A stretch of 64,000 nt of DNA. It comes from Nanobdellota archaeon (GTDB taxonomy: Archaea; Nanobdellota; Nanobdellia; Pacearchaeales; GW2011-AR1). The notes under the pieces are model-generated. The model ran no database searches, was not told the origin of the DNA, and saw nothing but the letters and a program-made list of their open reading frames with translations. The stretch covers positions 35,752 to 99,751 of the forward strand of contig DAOWGX010000018.1 in the NCBI GenBank assembly GCA_030641715.1, read 5' to 3'. A program made the position numbers and the translations under genes. Positions 1-10,156 of this stretch are shown here, piece by piece (position 1 is the first letter of the stretch; each line of letters begins with the position of its first letter).

Positions 1-106
1 CATTTGAGAATAAAGAAACTTTCGTTTATTAATGTTATGAGATAAAATTCTTAAAGATTCTTGAACTAATTTGTCTTTGGTTTATAATAAAAAGATTATT
101 TAAGGT

Positions 107-475
107 TTACATCCTTCCAATATCAATTAAATATTTTCCTTCTTGTAACTTAAAGATAATTGGTCGTCGATTCATTAGTGAAACAATGTCAATTTCGAAT
201 TGTCCTGGTTTCAGAACACGAATACTTTCTAGGTCTAAAATCACTGGTTTCGATTCATCTTCAATATTCAAAATAGTTCTTACGTCTTCTTCAATTTTTT
301 CCTTATCTACAGTATCAAATTCGGGAATCAGCGTTTCTTTTGATTTTTTTATCTGTGCTACTTGTTCTTCACGAATATAGAAAAAAAAATTTCCGCTACA
401 ACTATTACATCCTTCAAGAATTTCTCTACTTCCAACTTCGATTATTTTTCCGCAGTGTACGCATTGGTGTGGCAT
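107..475 (-). CDS. Zn-ribbon protein (archaeal COG3364/DUF2072-like)
   Basis: 122-aa ORF; N-terminal CxxC..CxxC (QCVHCG..GCNSCSG) ribbon plus acidic linker; family assigned from memory. Confidence 0.55.
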   Translation of the reverse strand: MPHQCVHCGKIIEVGSREILEGCNSCSGNFFFYIREEQVAQIKKSKETLIPEFDTVDKEKIEEDVRTILNIEDESKPVILDLESIRVLKPGQFEIDIVSLMNRRPIIFKLQEGKYLIDIGRM

Positions 476-639
476 TTTATAATTTTAATAATTCTTCGGG
501 GTCTTTGGTCTGTAAAGTTTACAAATCTAAAACGAGGAAGTACTATTTATATGCAGGTACAAATCATAAGAAATTAATAAATGTTTGGATTAATAAAATC
601 TTGTTATTATCCAATTTAGATTCTGTGTTTTAGGTATCC

Positions 640-915
640 TTATCTCTTTTTGGCTTTAACGTTTTGAGTTTTTCGTTGAGCAATTGTAATAAACACAAAA
701 AGAGAGACTAAAAATACGATGCCAAATTTAAGCCAAGAATTTATGATGGGTTCACTAATTTGAAAGTAATTTGCAGCGAAAACATTTACTCCGATTAATA
801 AAGCTAAAGCAACCCATCCTTTCCAATTAATAGGTACCCAACCCCATTCGGAACTTTTCATCTCGATACATTTTTTGAACCAAACATTTTCACTAATCTT
901 CTTTTTCTTTACCAT
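640..915 (-). CDS. small membrane protein, unknown function
   Basis: 91-aa ORF with two hydrophobic spans and basic termini. Confidence 0.4.
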   Translation of the reverse strand: MVKKKKISENVWFKKCIEMKSSEWGWVPINWKGWVALALLIGVNVFAANYFQISEPIINSWLKFGIVFLVSLFVFITIAQRKTQNVKAKKR

Positions 916-1093
916 TAATAAGAATCTGCAAATTTTTAATTAGCAATGACAACTTCATTGCATAATCTCAACCTTTATCTACCTCCTCGGTTTCTCCTTT
1001 AAATGTTTTATTTATCATCACCCGCTTATTCCGTCTTCCATTCTGAATAATTTAAATCAACAACCTTTATAAAATTTCCTAATGGTTAATTAT

Positions 1094-1879
1094 ATGAAAA
1101 AAATTCCTCAAGATATAATCGGAGACATTGCAATCTTAAAATTTCCGAGACGAACGTTTTGGCTAATAAAAAAACTAAAGGCAAACAAGTTTTTAAGGGA
1201 ACATAAGGGTGTGAAAACGGTTTTGGAAAAAGTGGGGGGGTTTTCTGGGAAGTTTAGAATATTAAAGACGGATTATCTTGCAGGTGTTAAAACAAGGGAG
1301 GCAACTTATAGGGAGAACGATTGTATTTTTAAGTATAACGTCGATGAATCTTATTTTTCTCCGAGGCTATCGAATGAACGAAAGGTAATAGCCGACGAGG
1401 TGGTTAGGTTATCTAAGAGGGGGGGGACGAAAATTCTTGTTATGTTTGCGGGTATTTCTCCTTATCCTATTGTTATTGCGAAAAAATTGAAACAGGCGGG
1501 AAAAGTGGCGACGATAATTTCAAGTGAATTGAACAGGAATGCGAATATTGCTGGGAAGAGAAATATAATAATGAATAAATTTCAGAATAGTATAACTCTT
1601 GTCGGGGGGGATGTGAAAAAACTCCCAAGAAAATTAAAGGAAAAATTTGATATTATTTTAATGCCCCGGCCAAATCTTCAAGACACTTTTTTAAAAACTG
1701 CATTTAAACTTTCGAAGAAAGGGGGCACGATTTTTTATCATGGATTTGGGACGAAGGAAGAAGTTCTTGATAAGATAAAGAAGGAGGCTAAGAATATGGT
1801 TGGAAAAGTTTCGATAAGGAAGGCGGGAGATATTGGGCCGTATAGGTATCGTTGGCAGACGAGATTTAAGGTTGAATAG
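1094..1879 (+). CDS. trm5: tRNA (guanine37-N1)-methyltransferase, Trm5/Met-10+ family
   Basis: IGDIAILKF N-terminus, FSPRLSNER and class-I SAM MTase core (ILVMFAGISPY..ILMPRP). Start moved to ATG 1094 because the TATA (1065-1074) is centred 25 nt upstream. Confidence 0.7.
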   Translation: MKKIPQDIIGDIAILKFPRRTFWLIKKLKANKFLREHKGVKTVLEKVGGFSGKFRILKTDYLAGVKTREATYRENDCIFKYNVDESYFSPRLSNERKVIADEVVRLSKRGGTKILVMFAGISPYPIVIAKKLKQAGKVATIISSELNRNANIAGKRNIIMNKFQNSITLVGGDVKKLPRKLKEKFDIILMPRPNLQDTFLKTAFKLSKKGGTIFYHGFGTKEEVLDKIKKEAKNMVGKVSIRKAGDIGPYRYRWQTRFKVE

Positions 1880-2468
1880 AATCAGATAATCTAAGCCATT
1901 GATCCCCTTCAGAAATAACACCATACATCTCAGAACTAGAATCTTTGATCTCCTTGCATATCTTTTCGTACGCGTGTTGGATAAAAGGACAACCCCCTGC
2001 ACCAATCCGTATTCTTGAGAGACCATTAGATTTTGCATATAGGATAGTGGCCTTTTCGATAAAATAAGCCAATCCATTCTGTTGATATTGTTTATTAACT
2101 ACTGTAGAAAAAACATGCATATCCTTTCCACGCTTCTGAAAAGCATTATGACCTACAACCTCAGAATCATACTCTGCAATCAACATATCATATCCCACAG
2201 ACTTTAAACTATTAAACACCCTAAGTGTTGCATTTTCCACTTCCTTCCCCTTTTGACTACGTAATAAGGGAATTATTGACCCGAAATTTTTCTCAAAATT
2301 CTTACCAAACTCAGATCCTTTATCGTAATTGCGAAGAAAATGACTAAGATGACTTATTACTCTTTGATTATTTGACTGTTGTATCCTATTTGAAACAAGT
2401 GATAGATTAATTAGGTCGTAGACTTCCTTAGAGGATCTACCTGAATTAAGCTTTTCAACTAATCCCAT
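1866..2468 (-). CDS. GNAT-family N-acetyltransferase
   Basis: 200-aa ORF; C-terminal GNAT-like core (VVGHNAF..VVNKQYQQNGLAYFIEKA); converges on and overlaps the Trm5 3' end by 14 nt. Confidence 0.5.
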   Translation of the reverse strand: MGLVEKLNSGRSSKEVYDLINLSLVSNRIQQSNNQRVISHLSHFLRNYDKGSEFGKNFEKNFGSIIPLLRSQKGKEVENATLRVFNSLKSVGYDMLIAEYDSEVVGHNAFQKRGKDMHVFSTVVNKQYQQNGLAYFIEKATILYAKSNGLSRIRIGAGGCPFIQHAYEKICKEIKDSSSEMYGVISEGDQWLRLSDSIQP

Positions 2469-2619
2469 TTTAAAAATTAAATTCTCTCATTTTCATAAAA
2501 TTACTATTCTAAAGTAGCTTAAAAACCTTAACATATTCAAGATATCATTATTAAAATCTCAATATCAACCTATCCTCACAGAACAATAACCTTAAAACCT
2601 TAAATTTCTTTTTGTGAAT

Positions 2620-3342
2620 ATGGCATTTTATTTGATTGGGATGGGCCTTAACAGGAAATCGGTTTCAGCGGATGCCTTGAAGATTTTGAAAGGATGTGAT
2701 AAGAGATATCTGGAAAATTATACTGTAAGTTTCCCCTATTCTTTAGAGGAATTAGAGAATGAACTTGGATTAAAATTTGTTGAATTAAAAAGAGCTGCTG
2801 TGGAAGATGAGTCGATAATTAAAGAAGCGAAAAATCAAGACGTAGCACTTTTGGTGTATGGGGATTCTCTTTCTGCCACTACGCATATTCAACTAATTCT
2901 TGAATGTAAAAAACAGAAAATAGACTATCAGATTTTTCATAATGCTTCAATAATGACTGCAATTGCGGAAACAGGACTTCAGCTTTATAAGTTTGGAAAA
3001 ACAGCGTCGATGCCAGACTGGAAAGAGCATACTAATAAACCGACATCGTTTATGAATTATGTCAAGGAGAATCAGAGCATAAAGGCCCATACGTTAATTT
3101 TAATGGATATTGGACTTGGGATTGTAGACGCAATTAATCAATTAAAAGAAGCTTCGGGGAAAGAAGGAGTTGAAATTCCGGGGAAAATTATTGTGTGTTC
3201 AAATACTGGAACGTCGAATCAAAAAATATTTTATGATACTCTTGATAATTTAAAAGAAATCGAAATGCCCTTTTGCTTGATTGTTCCTGGTGAGATGCAT
3301 TTTCTCGAGGAAGAAGCTTTGAGAAAGTTAAAGTTTAGATAA
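2620..3342 (+). CDS. dphB: diphthine synthase
   Basis: AFYLIGMGL N-terminus and tetrapyrrole-methylase-like fold typical of Dph5/DphB; start at ATG 2620. Confidence 0.85.
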   Translation: MAFYLIGMGLNRKSVSADALKILKGCDKRYLENYTVSFPYSLEELENELGLKFVELKRAAVEDESIIKEAKNQDVALLVYGDSLSATTHIQLILECKKQKIDYQIFHNASIMTAIAETGLQLYKFGKTASMPDWKEHTNKPTSFMNYVKENQSIKAHTLILMDIGLGIVDAINQLKEASGKEGVEIPGKIIVCSNTGTSNQKIFYDTLDNLKEIEMPFCLIVPGEMHFLEEEALRKLKFR

Positions 3343-3966
3343 TCTTGCAAGTTCTAATCCAATCACCGTCCCCAAATCTGGAGTGCTCCAGTCCAATCTT
3401 TCAATATTAACTGTAACTTTAGAGCCATTAGTGTCCAAGTTTTCGTAATCGATTCCCATTAAGACTAAGGAGATATTCCTTTTTTCCACTTCATTGACTT
3501 TTTGGGCATAGTTAATTAAAGACATATTTATTGGGTTCATGGCTCCGAGGTTTCTATTTCCTTCTGCGTGCAAAACAACAACTTCATTTTGACTATATAG
3601 CCAATTAATATATTCTATTGTATCGCCAGTTGTTTTTTTCGCAATTTCCAAAGAGACCCTTCTTTTTTCTTTAGGTATTTGAAGTAAATCTCTCACTCGA
3701 GTAATTCTAATCCCCCCACCTTTTTCGAACCATTTAGGCAAATTAGATTTCATAACCCAATTAGCAGGACGATTAACATATTTTTTTAAAATGTAGCCTT
3801 CCAAAAGAATATCTTTCCATGTCTGATGTTTTGGAATAATCAGTGCGGGTCCTTCAAGAGGAATATTTTTATAACCCAAAACTTCTATTTTATGTTTAGA
3901 ACAAATATAACTATCGGTAAGAGTTCTGGCAATATTATAGAAAGTCTTATTCCTCTTTAATTTCAT
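3328..3966 (-). CDS. PlsC-like lysophospholipid acyltransferase
   Basis: HX4D motif (KHQTWKD) plus EGNR block (HAEGNRN), characteristic of glycerolipid acyltransferases. Confidence 0.6.
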   Translation of the reverse strand: MKLKRNKTFYNIARTLTDSYICSKHKIEVLGYKNIPLEGPALIIPKHQTWKDILLEGYILKKYVNRPANWVMKSNLPKWFEKGGGIRITRVRDLLQIPKEKRRVSLEIAKKTTGDTIEYINWLYSQNEVVVLHAEGNRNLGAMNPINMSLINYAQKVNEVEKRNISLVLMGIDYENLDTNGSKVTVNIERLDWSTPDLGTVIGLELARLSKL

Positions 3967-4006
3967 AGAGGACAGAAAAAATCATAGTTTTTAAGTATAT
4001 GATAAG

Positions 4007-4016
4007 TTTTAAATAT
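4007..4016 (+). promoter_or_regulatory. TATA box of ileS (leaderless)
   Basis: ttttaaatat centred 25.5 nt upstream of ATG 4037. Confidence 0.5.
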
Positions 4017-4036
4017 CATATTCCAACAGGTTAAAT

Positions 4037-6829
4037 ATGGCAAAAGAATTTAGCGAAGAAGAAATTTTGAAATTTTGGGAAGAGAACAAAATTTATGAAA
4101 AGTCCAAAAAGAAAAATATAAATGGAAAAAAATTCTATATGATGGATGGGCCTCCGTATGCTACGGGACACATTCATATGGGGACGGCTCTAAATAAAAT
4201 TTCTAAGGATATTGTTATGCGGGCGCAAAGACTTCAAGGAAAAAATGTATTTGATAGGTGTGGGTATGATACCCATGGGGTTCCGATTGAGTTTAAGGTA
4301 GAAAAAGAGATTGGGGCGAGAACTAAGCAAGATATTGAAAAATTCGGAGTGAAAAAATTCGTAGGAAAATGCAAGGAATATGCGACAAAATTCATAGGAA
4401 TAATGGGTCCGGAATTTAGGAATCTTGGAGTTTGGATGGACTTCGATAATCCTTATCTTACATTGGATACAAAATATGTAGAAACAATTTGGGATACTTT
4501 CAAAATTGCCGACGAGAAAAACCTTCTTTATTTGGGAAAGTATCCCGTACACAATTGTCCTCGTTGTGCGACTGCAGTTTCTTTTAATGAAATCGAATAT
4601 GCAAAACAAAAAGATACCTCTGTCTTTGTGAAATTTCCCCTGAAAGGTAAAAAAAATACTTATTTGATTATCTGGACTACAACTCCTTGGACTCTTCCGG
4701 GAAATACAGGGGTTATGGTAAATCCCAAAGTAGATTATCAACAAATAGAATTGTCTTCCGGAGAAAATTGGATTATTGCCAAGGAACTTGTATCTGAAAT
4801 TATGGCTAAACTAGAAATGGGTTTCACACCGAAAGAAGAATTCAAGGGAACTGAAATGGTCGGATGGACTTATGAAAATCCTTTATCAAAACATTTGAAG
4901 TTGAAGTTAAAGGATGCGTATCGGGTTGTTCCTTCGGCAAGATATGTAACAGTTGAGGAGGGAACGGGTCTTGTACATTGTGCACCAGGTCATGGGAAAG
5001 AAGATTATGATGTGGGAAAAGAGTTTGGTCTTGATGCACCTTGTCCTGTGGATATTAATGGATTGCTAACTGAGGAAACGGGGAAGTACGCTGGTAAAAA
5101 GGCGAGGATTGTGGACGCAGAAATCATTGGAGATTTGGAAGCAGATAATTTTCTCGTCTATAAATTCTCCTATACTCATGATTATCCGTTTTGCTGGAGA
5201 TGTAAATCTCCTCTCTTGATGATTTCACAACCGCAATGGTTTTTAAGGATTTCAGATATTCAAAAACAGATTCTTAAAGAAAATGAGAAGACTAATTGGA
5301 TTCCGAAATGGATGCAAATTAGAATGAAAGCGTGGTTGGAAGGAATTTCTGATTGGCCAATTTCAAGAAAAAGATATTGGGGAACCCCCTTGCCAATTTG
5401 GGTTTGTGATAAATGTGATGAGAAAAAAGTTGTAGGTTCGTTAAAGGAATTAGAAAAACTTTCTGGACAAAAAATCAAGGAGATTCATAAACCTGAGATT
5501 GATGATGTGGAAATAAAATGTTCTTGCGGAGGAAAAATGTCGAGGGTTAATGAAGTTTTGGATGTTTGGTTTGATTCGGGAGTTTCAAGTTGGGCGGCAT
5601 TAAATTACATGGAGGATAAAACACAATTCAAAAAATTCTGGCCAGCGAATATAAATCTTGAAGGAAAAGACCAGATCCGAGGCTGGTGGAATTCTCAATT
5701 TATTTTATCGCAGATAAAGTTTGATAAGAAACCGTTTGAGAATATCTTAGTCCACGGAATGGTTCTTGATGTGGGGAGGAAAAAAATGTCAAAATCCGAT
5801 GGAAATGTTGTTGCTCCTGCAGACGTTATTGAACAATATAACAGAGACTTTTTAAGATACTACTTTGCAAAAATTTCTAAGGGAGAAGATTTTTCATTCC
5901 AAGAAAGAGAATTTAAAGAGATAAGAAAAACATTCATGATCTTATCGAATATAACAAGATTTGTGGGCCAGCTGAAAGGGTCAAAAAGTAGACAAACTTT
6001 CGAGGATAAATGGATTATGTCAAGATTTAATAGAACCATTGAAGGGGTGATTTTTGCATATAATAGTTTTAATTTTCCGGAAGTTATAAGACTTCTTGAA
6101 GATTTTCTTGTGAATGATTTATCTAGGACTTATATTAAAATAATTAGGGAAAGGGCTGATGAAACAAAGGGATTGCTCGAAGAGATTTTAATCGGGGTTG
6201 TGAAACTTTTTGCACCAATAGCTCCGTTCGCTGTGGAGGAAATTTGGCAGAATCTTTTAGAAAGGAAGAATGTAAGCGAAGAATCTGTTCATCTATCTTT
6301 GCTTCCAAAGAAAGATAAAACGAAAGTAAACGATAAATTAGAAGCGGAATTCGATGAAACTATTAAACTAATTGAGGAAGGTTTGGCAAAAAGGGATAAG
6401 GTACAGATTGGATTGAAATGGCCTCTCGCAAAAGCGACGATTAAATCTCCGACAAAGTTTAACAGAGAATTGGATTTTATTATTAAAAACCAGTTAAATA
6501 TTAAGGAACTAATTTATGAAAAAAATGAAAGTTTTGAGATAATTCTTGATACCAAATTGACGCAGGAATTGGAGTCCGAAGGATTCGCTCGAGAGATTGC
6601 AAGAAAAATTCAAGCGGCGAGGAAAAAAGCAGAGCTGGTAACGACAGATGAGATTGAATTAGAAGTTCTTTCGGAGTTCAACGATAAATTAAGGGCTCAG
6701 TCGGATTTTATAAAAGAAAGGGTTGGAGCAAAGACCTTCTCGTTTAGTAAATCTGGGAAAAAGTTTAATTACTCTGAAGAAGGGAAAATTAAAGGAAAAA
6801 CTTTTCTGATCCAATTTGATAAGGTTTAA
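4037..6829 (+). CDS. ileS: isoleucine--tRNA ligase
   Basis: PPYATGHIHMGT (HIGH), KMSKS, DWPISRKRYWGTPLPIW; class Ia editing synthetase architecture. Confidence 0.9.
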   Translation: MAKEFSEEEILKFWEENKIYEKSKKKNINGKKFYMMDGPPYATGHIHMGTALNKISKDIVMRAQRLQGKNVFDRCGYDTHGVPIEFKVEKEIGARTKQDIEKFGVKKFVGKCKEYATKFIGIMGPEFRNLGVWMDFDNPYLTLDTKYVETIWDTFKIADEKNLLYLGKYPVHNCPRCATAVSFNEIEYAKQKDTSVFVKFPLKGKKNTYLIIWTTTPWTLPGNTGVMVNPKVDYQQIELSSGENWIIAKELVSEIMAKLEMGFTPKEEFKGTEMVGWTYENPLSKHLKLKLKDAYRVVPSARYVTVEEGTGLVHCAPGHGKEDYDVGKEFGLDAPCPVDINGLLTEETGKYAGKKARIVDAEIIGDLEADNFLVYKFSYTHDYPFCWRCKSPLLMISQPQWFLRISDIQKQILKENEKTNWIPKWMQIRMKAWLEGISDWPISRKRYWGTPLPIWVCDKCDEKKVVGSLKELEKLSGQKIKEIHKPEIDDVEIKCSCGGKMSRVNEVLDVWFDSGVSSWAALNYMEDKTQFKKFWPANINLEGKDQIRGWWNSQFILSQIKFDKKPFENILVHGMVLDVGRKKMSKSDGNVVAPADVIEQYNRDFLRYYFAKISKGEDFSFQEREFKEIRKTFMILSNITRFVGQLKGSKSRQTFEDKWIMSRFNRTIEGVIFAYNSFNFPEVIRLLEDFLVNDLSRTYIKIIRERADETKGLLEEILIGVVKLFAPIAPFAVEEIWQNLLERKNVSEESVHLSLLPKKDKTKVNDKLEAEFDETIKLIEEGLAKRDKVQIGLKWPLAKATIKSPTKFNRELDFIIKNQLNIKELIYEKNESFEIILDTKLTQELESEGFAREIARKIQAARKKAELVTTDEIELEVLSEFNDKLRAQSDFIKERVGAKTFSFSKSGKKFNYSEEGKIKGKTFLIQFDKV

Positions 6830-6915
6830 TTAGCGTCGAGAAAATCCTTTTTTCATACCTTTAGGTAGGGACAATTCAAAGAAACATTTAAATACTATTC
6901 TGTATTGGGACAGGT

Positions 6916-7722
6916 ATGATTGTCAAGGATGAATTTTTGAGTAGGCTGAGGAAAATATTTGACCTTAATTTGTATGAGGTAAAAGTTTGGACAGCACTTT
7001 TATCGAGGGGAACTTCCACCGCAGGCGAACTTTCCTCTATTTCGGATGTTCCACGTTCTCGAACTTATGATATTTTAGAATCCCTTGAGAAAAAAGGATT
7101 TATCGTGATGAAACTTGGTAAGCCTATCAAATTTATTGCATTGAAACCTGAAGAAGTAATTGAGCGGGTAAAAAAGAATCTGGTGGTTAACGCAAGGGAA
7201 AAGTCGCAGAGATTGGAAAAACTAAAAGGGGAGGATATTCTCGATGAACTAACGGGTATATTTTCTGACGGGATTAAATACGTTGAACCCACAGACCTAT
7301 CCGGAGCACTAAAAGGACGACAAAATATTTACAATCATCTTGATATGTTAATAATGGAAGCGCAAAAGACAATCACACTTGTAACGACTGCAGATGGTTT
7401 GAGTAGAAAATTAGAAATTCTTTTACCTAGTTTAGAAAAGGCAAAGAAGCGAGGGGTTGTAGTCAGAATTGCGGCACCGATAACTGCAGAGAATAAGCAG
7501 GTTGCGAAGGATTTTGCAAAAGTAGCGGAAGTTAGAGATACGAAAGATCTTCGAGCGAGATTTATGATAATCGATAGTGAACAATTGATGTTCATGCTTC
7601 TAAATGATGAAGAAGTTCATCCGAGTTATGATGTGGGAGTTTGGTTAAACACGGAATTTTTTGCTCAGGCTTTGGAACAACTTTTTGAAATTTCTTGGAA
7701 TAATTTTAAGGCTATTAAGTAA
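6916..7722 (+). CDS. TrmB-family transcriptional regulator
   Basis: N-terminal wHTH (LYEVKVWTALLSRGTSTAGELS..VPRSRTYDILESLEKKGF) plus TrmB-type C-terminal domain; TATA 6886-6895. Confidence 0.8.
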   Translation: MIVKDEFLSRLRKIFDLNLYEVKVWTALLSRGTSTAGELSSISDVPRSRTYDILESLEKKGFIVMKLGKPIKFIALKPEEVIERVKKNLVVNAREKSQRLEKLKGEDILDELTGIFSDGIKYVEPTDLSGALKGRQNIYNHLDMLIMEAQKTITLVTTADGLSRKLEILLPSLEKAKKRGVVVRIAAPITAENKQVAKDFAKVAEVRDTKDLRARFMIIDSEQLMFMLLNDEEVHPSYDVGVWLNTEFFAQALEQLFEISWNNFKAIK

Positions 7723-7734
7723 ATTTTGGCTTTG

Positions 7735-8301
7735 CTAAACGATGCCTTCAAGTAATCTAGCTTCTCTAAATAATCCGAGTGCCTTGTATGTTGAGAGTAA
7801 TTTCTTTTTTATCTCTGATTTCTCAACTTCTTCTAAATTCATTTTAATTAACTTCTCATAAAATTTTGCTGCGTGCGCACGCTTTTCTTTACGCTCCAAT
7901 TCATGTGCTGAGATAAGGTAGATATTCTTTCGGGCTAATTTTATTTTAGCTTTTTGTTCAGTATTTGCATCGCGTCCGGCTCGAATAAACATTTCATCAG
8001 CGTCGTCGACTTTTCCAGTTCTTGAGAATAATTCTGCAGAAGTTATGTAACTATCAATCTTATCTCTAAAAGAGACCTCAATCCTAGCCTTATTCGCCAT
8101 TGCCTTTGCCGCTCTCTCAAACATCTTCCGCTCCTCATACAACTCCGACAATTTAGACCATAAAAAACGCTTAATCTCAAAACTAAAACTCGTGACCTTC
8201 AACACAGATTCCAAATAATTAATCTTATTCAACGTAGTACTCATCTCTTCCAACTTACGCTCAATCTGTTCAATCGTCTCTTCACGTACTTGTATTACCA
8301 T
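7735..8301 (-). CDS. hypothetical helical (TPR-like?) protein
   Basis: 188-aa ORF, predicted all-helical, no recognised motif. Confidence 0.4.
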   Translation of the reverse strand: MVIQVREETIEQIERKLEEMSTTLNKINYLESVLKVTSFSFEIKRFLWSKLSELYEERKMFERAAKAMANKARIEVSFRDKIDSYITSAELFSRTGKVDDADEMFIRAGRDANTEQKAKIKLARKNIYLISAHELERKEKRAHAAKFYEKLIKMNLEEVEKSEIKKKLLSTYKALGLFREARLLEGIV

Positions 8302-8349
8302 AAAATAAAAGGCTTTGAAGAGTTTTTAATAATTGTTGTGATATACTTA

Positions 8350-8649
8350 TCAACAGGGTAAATTTAAAACAACTTCTTCAGGCAAACAACCAAGACACAT
8401 ATAATTGAATTCCCAACCATCTTGATTATTAAAGACAACTTTGGGATCAACTTCTTTTTGCTCCAAATCATAAAGTTTCTCTTCTAGCCCTAAACAATAC
8501 CTTGGCTCATCACCAGAATTAAAGGCGTAATTATAAGCCCTAAAACCTTGTCCAGGCCTTAATTTACCAGCTTCAAGATATTCGTAAAATTTCTCTGGAC
8601 CATGAAATAAACCCTCTCCAGATCTAAGAAATGTTGGTAACTCTGCCAT
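8350..8649 (-). CDS. hypothetical protein
   Basis: 99-aa ORF in the position where S10 usually follows EF-1alpha; it is not S10. Confidence 0.4.
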   Translation of the reverse strand: MAELPTFLRSGEGLFHGPEKFYEYLEAGKLRPGQGFRAYNYAFNSGDEPRYCLGLEEKLYDLEQKEVDPKVVFNNQDGWEFNYMCLGCLPEEVVLNLPC

Positions 8650-8710
8650 AGAAATAATCCTAAAAATAACCTTTTAAAAATTATTATACTCTTGTCTTAC
8701 TAATTACAAT

Positions 8711-8752
8711 TCAAAAAAATATTTTACCTTCAGAACGTTTCCGTCCTGAAGG
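8711..8752 (-). terminator. hairpin + U-tract terminator after EF-1alpha
   Basis: CCTTCAG(8727-8733)/CTGAAGG(8746-8752) 7-bp stem, followed on the minus strand by UAAAAUAUUUUUUU. Confidence 0.5.
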
Positions 8753-8791
8753 CTTTAATTATAAAAAAATAAAAAAGAGGTCTAATTGACC

Positions 8792-10078
8792 TTAAAGTTT
8801 CTTTTCAATAAGAGACTTGCAAACACCTGCTGCAACTGTAACACCCGCGTCTCGGATAGCGAATCGAGCCATATTTGGATTATCTCCAACTGCCTCAAGT
8901 ACTAAATTTCCGATCGGTTTGATTTTAACAATAGCAACGTCCCCATTTTTCAAAAAGTCCGGGTTCTCTTCCGCAACCTGTCCAGTAGCCGGATCCAACT
9001 TCGCCTTAATTTCAACGAACTGACATGGAACTTGAGCTGTGTGAACATGGAAAACTGGTGTGTAACCTTTAGCAATAACTGTTGGATGATTAATCACAGC
9101 AATCTGTGCTTCGAATTCTTCAACAAGTTTCGCAGGTTTAGCAGCGTCACAAATGACGTCCCCTCGAGCGATGTCTTTCTTAGCAACGCCTCGAATACTG
9201 ATGCCGACATTATCTCCAGCTTCACCTTCTTTTAACTGTTCGTGGTGAGCTTCAATACTTCGGACTTCTCCTTCGATTCCAGTTCCGGATCTACCTGGTA
9301 ATACGATAACCTTCTGACCGATTTTCATAATCCCTGTTTCAATCTTTCCAACTGGAACAGTTCCGATACCTGTAATATCATAAACATCCTGGATAGGCAT
9401 TCGCATAGGCAAACCTGTTGGCTTCTCTGGTGCAGGAAACTTATCAATCTGTTCTAAAACAGTTGGTCCCTTGTACCAAGACATTTTATCCGATTTATTC
9501 GCAATGTTATCGCCCATTAAAGCGGAACCTGCTAGAAACGGAACCTCGTCAGGTTTGTATCCTGCTTGTTTAATAACAGCAGAAACATCTTCCACGACTT
9601 TCTTGTATTTATCCTCGGCATAATCAACAGTATCCATCTTGTTAACCAAAACAGCGAGTGATTTTACTCCCATAGTTCGAAGCAACCAAACGTGCTCCTT
9701 AGTCTGAGGTTGAACACCACCGTCGGCAGAAACTGTTAAAAAAGCTGCATCCGCTTGCGAAGCACCCGTGATCATGTTCTTAACAAAATCCTTGTGACCT
9801 GGAGCGTCGATAACTGTAACTTCAAAATTTCTAGTCATAAGCTTCTTGTAAGACAAGTTAATAGTAACTCCTCTCTCTCGCTCTTCCTTCAAATTATCCA
9901 TCACATACGCAAACTCAAACCCTGCTTTACCATGCTTTGCTGCTTCTTCCTTGTACTTCTTCATTTCCTGTTCGGAAACGCTTCCACCGTCGTAGAATAG
10001 TCTTCCAACTGCGGTAGACTTTCCATGGTCAACGTGTCCAACGAAAACAACATTCATTATTGGTTTTTCTTTAGCCAT
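8792..10078 (-). CDS. tuf: translation elongation factor EF-1alpha
   Basis: [18 protein letters not shown] GTPase motifs; full-length aEF-1alpha. Confidence 0.97.
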   Translation of the reverse strand: MAKEKPIMNVVFVGHVDHGKSTAVGRLFYDGGSVSEQEMKKYKEEAAKHGKAGFEFAYVMDNLKEERERGVTINLSYKKLMTRNFEVTVIDAPGHKDFVKNMITGASQADAAFLTVSADGGVQPQTKEHVWLLRTMGVKSLAVLVNKMDTVDYAEDKYKKVVEDVSAVIKQAGYKPDEVPFLAGSALMGDNIANKSDKMSWYKGPTVLEQIDKFPAPEKPTGLPMRMPIQDVYDITGIGTVPVGKIETGIMKIGQKVIVLPGRSGTGIEGEVRSIEAHHEQLKEGEAGDNVGISIRGVAKKDIARGDVICDAAKPAKLVEEFEAQIAVINHPTVIAKGYTPVFHVHTAQVPCQFVEIKAKLDPATGQVAEENPDFLKNGDVAIVKIKPIGNLVLEAVGDNPNMARFAIRDAGVTVAAGVCKSLIEKKL

Positions 10079-10156
10079 ATTTCTTAATTTTAATTTAGTT
10101 AATTTAATCCATCTTCCATCGAAGATATATTATGGTGTAAATTTCGGTTTATAAGC

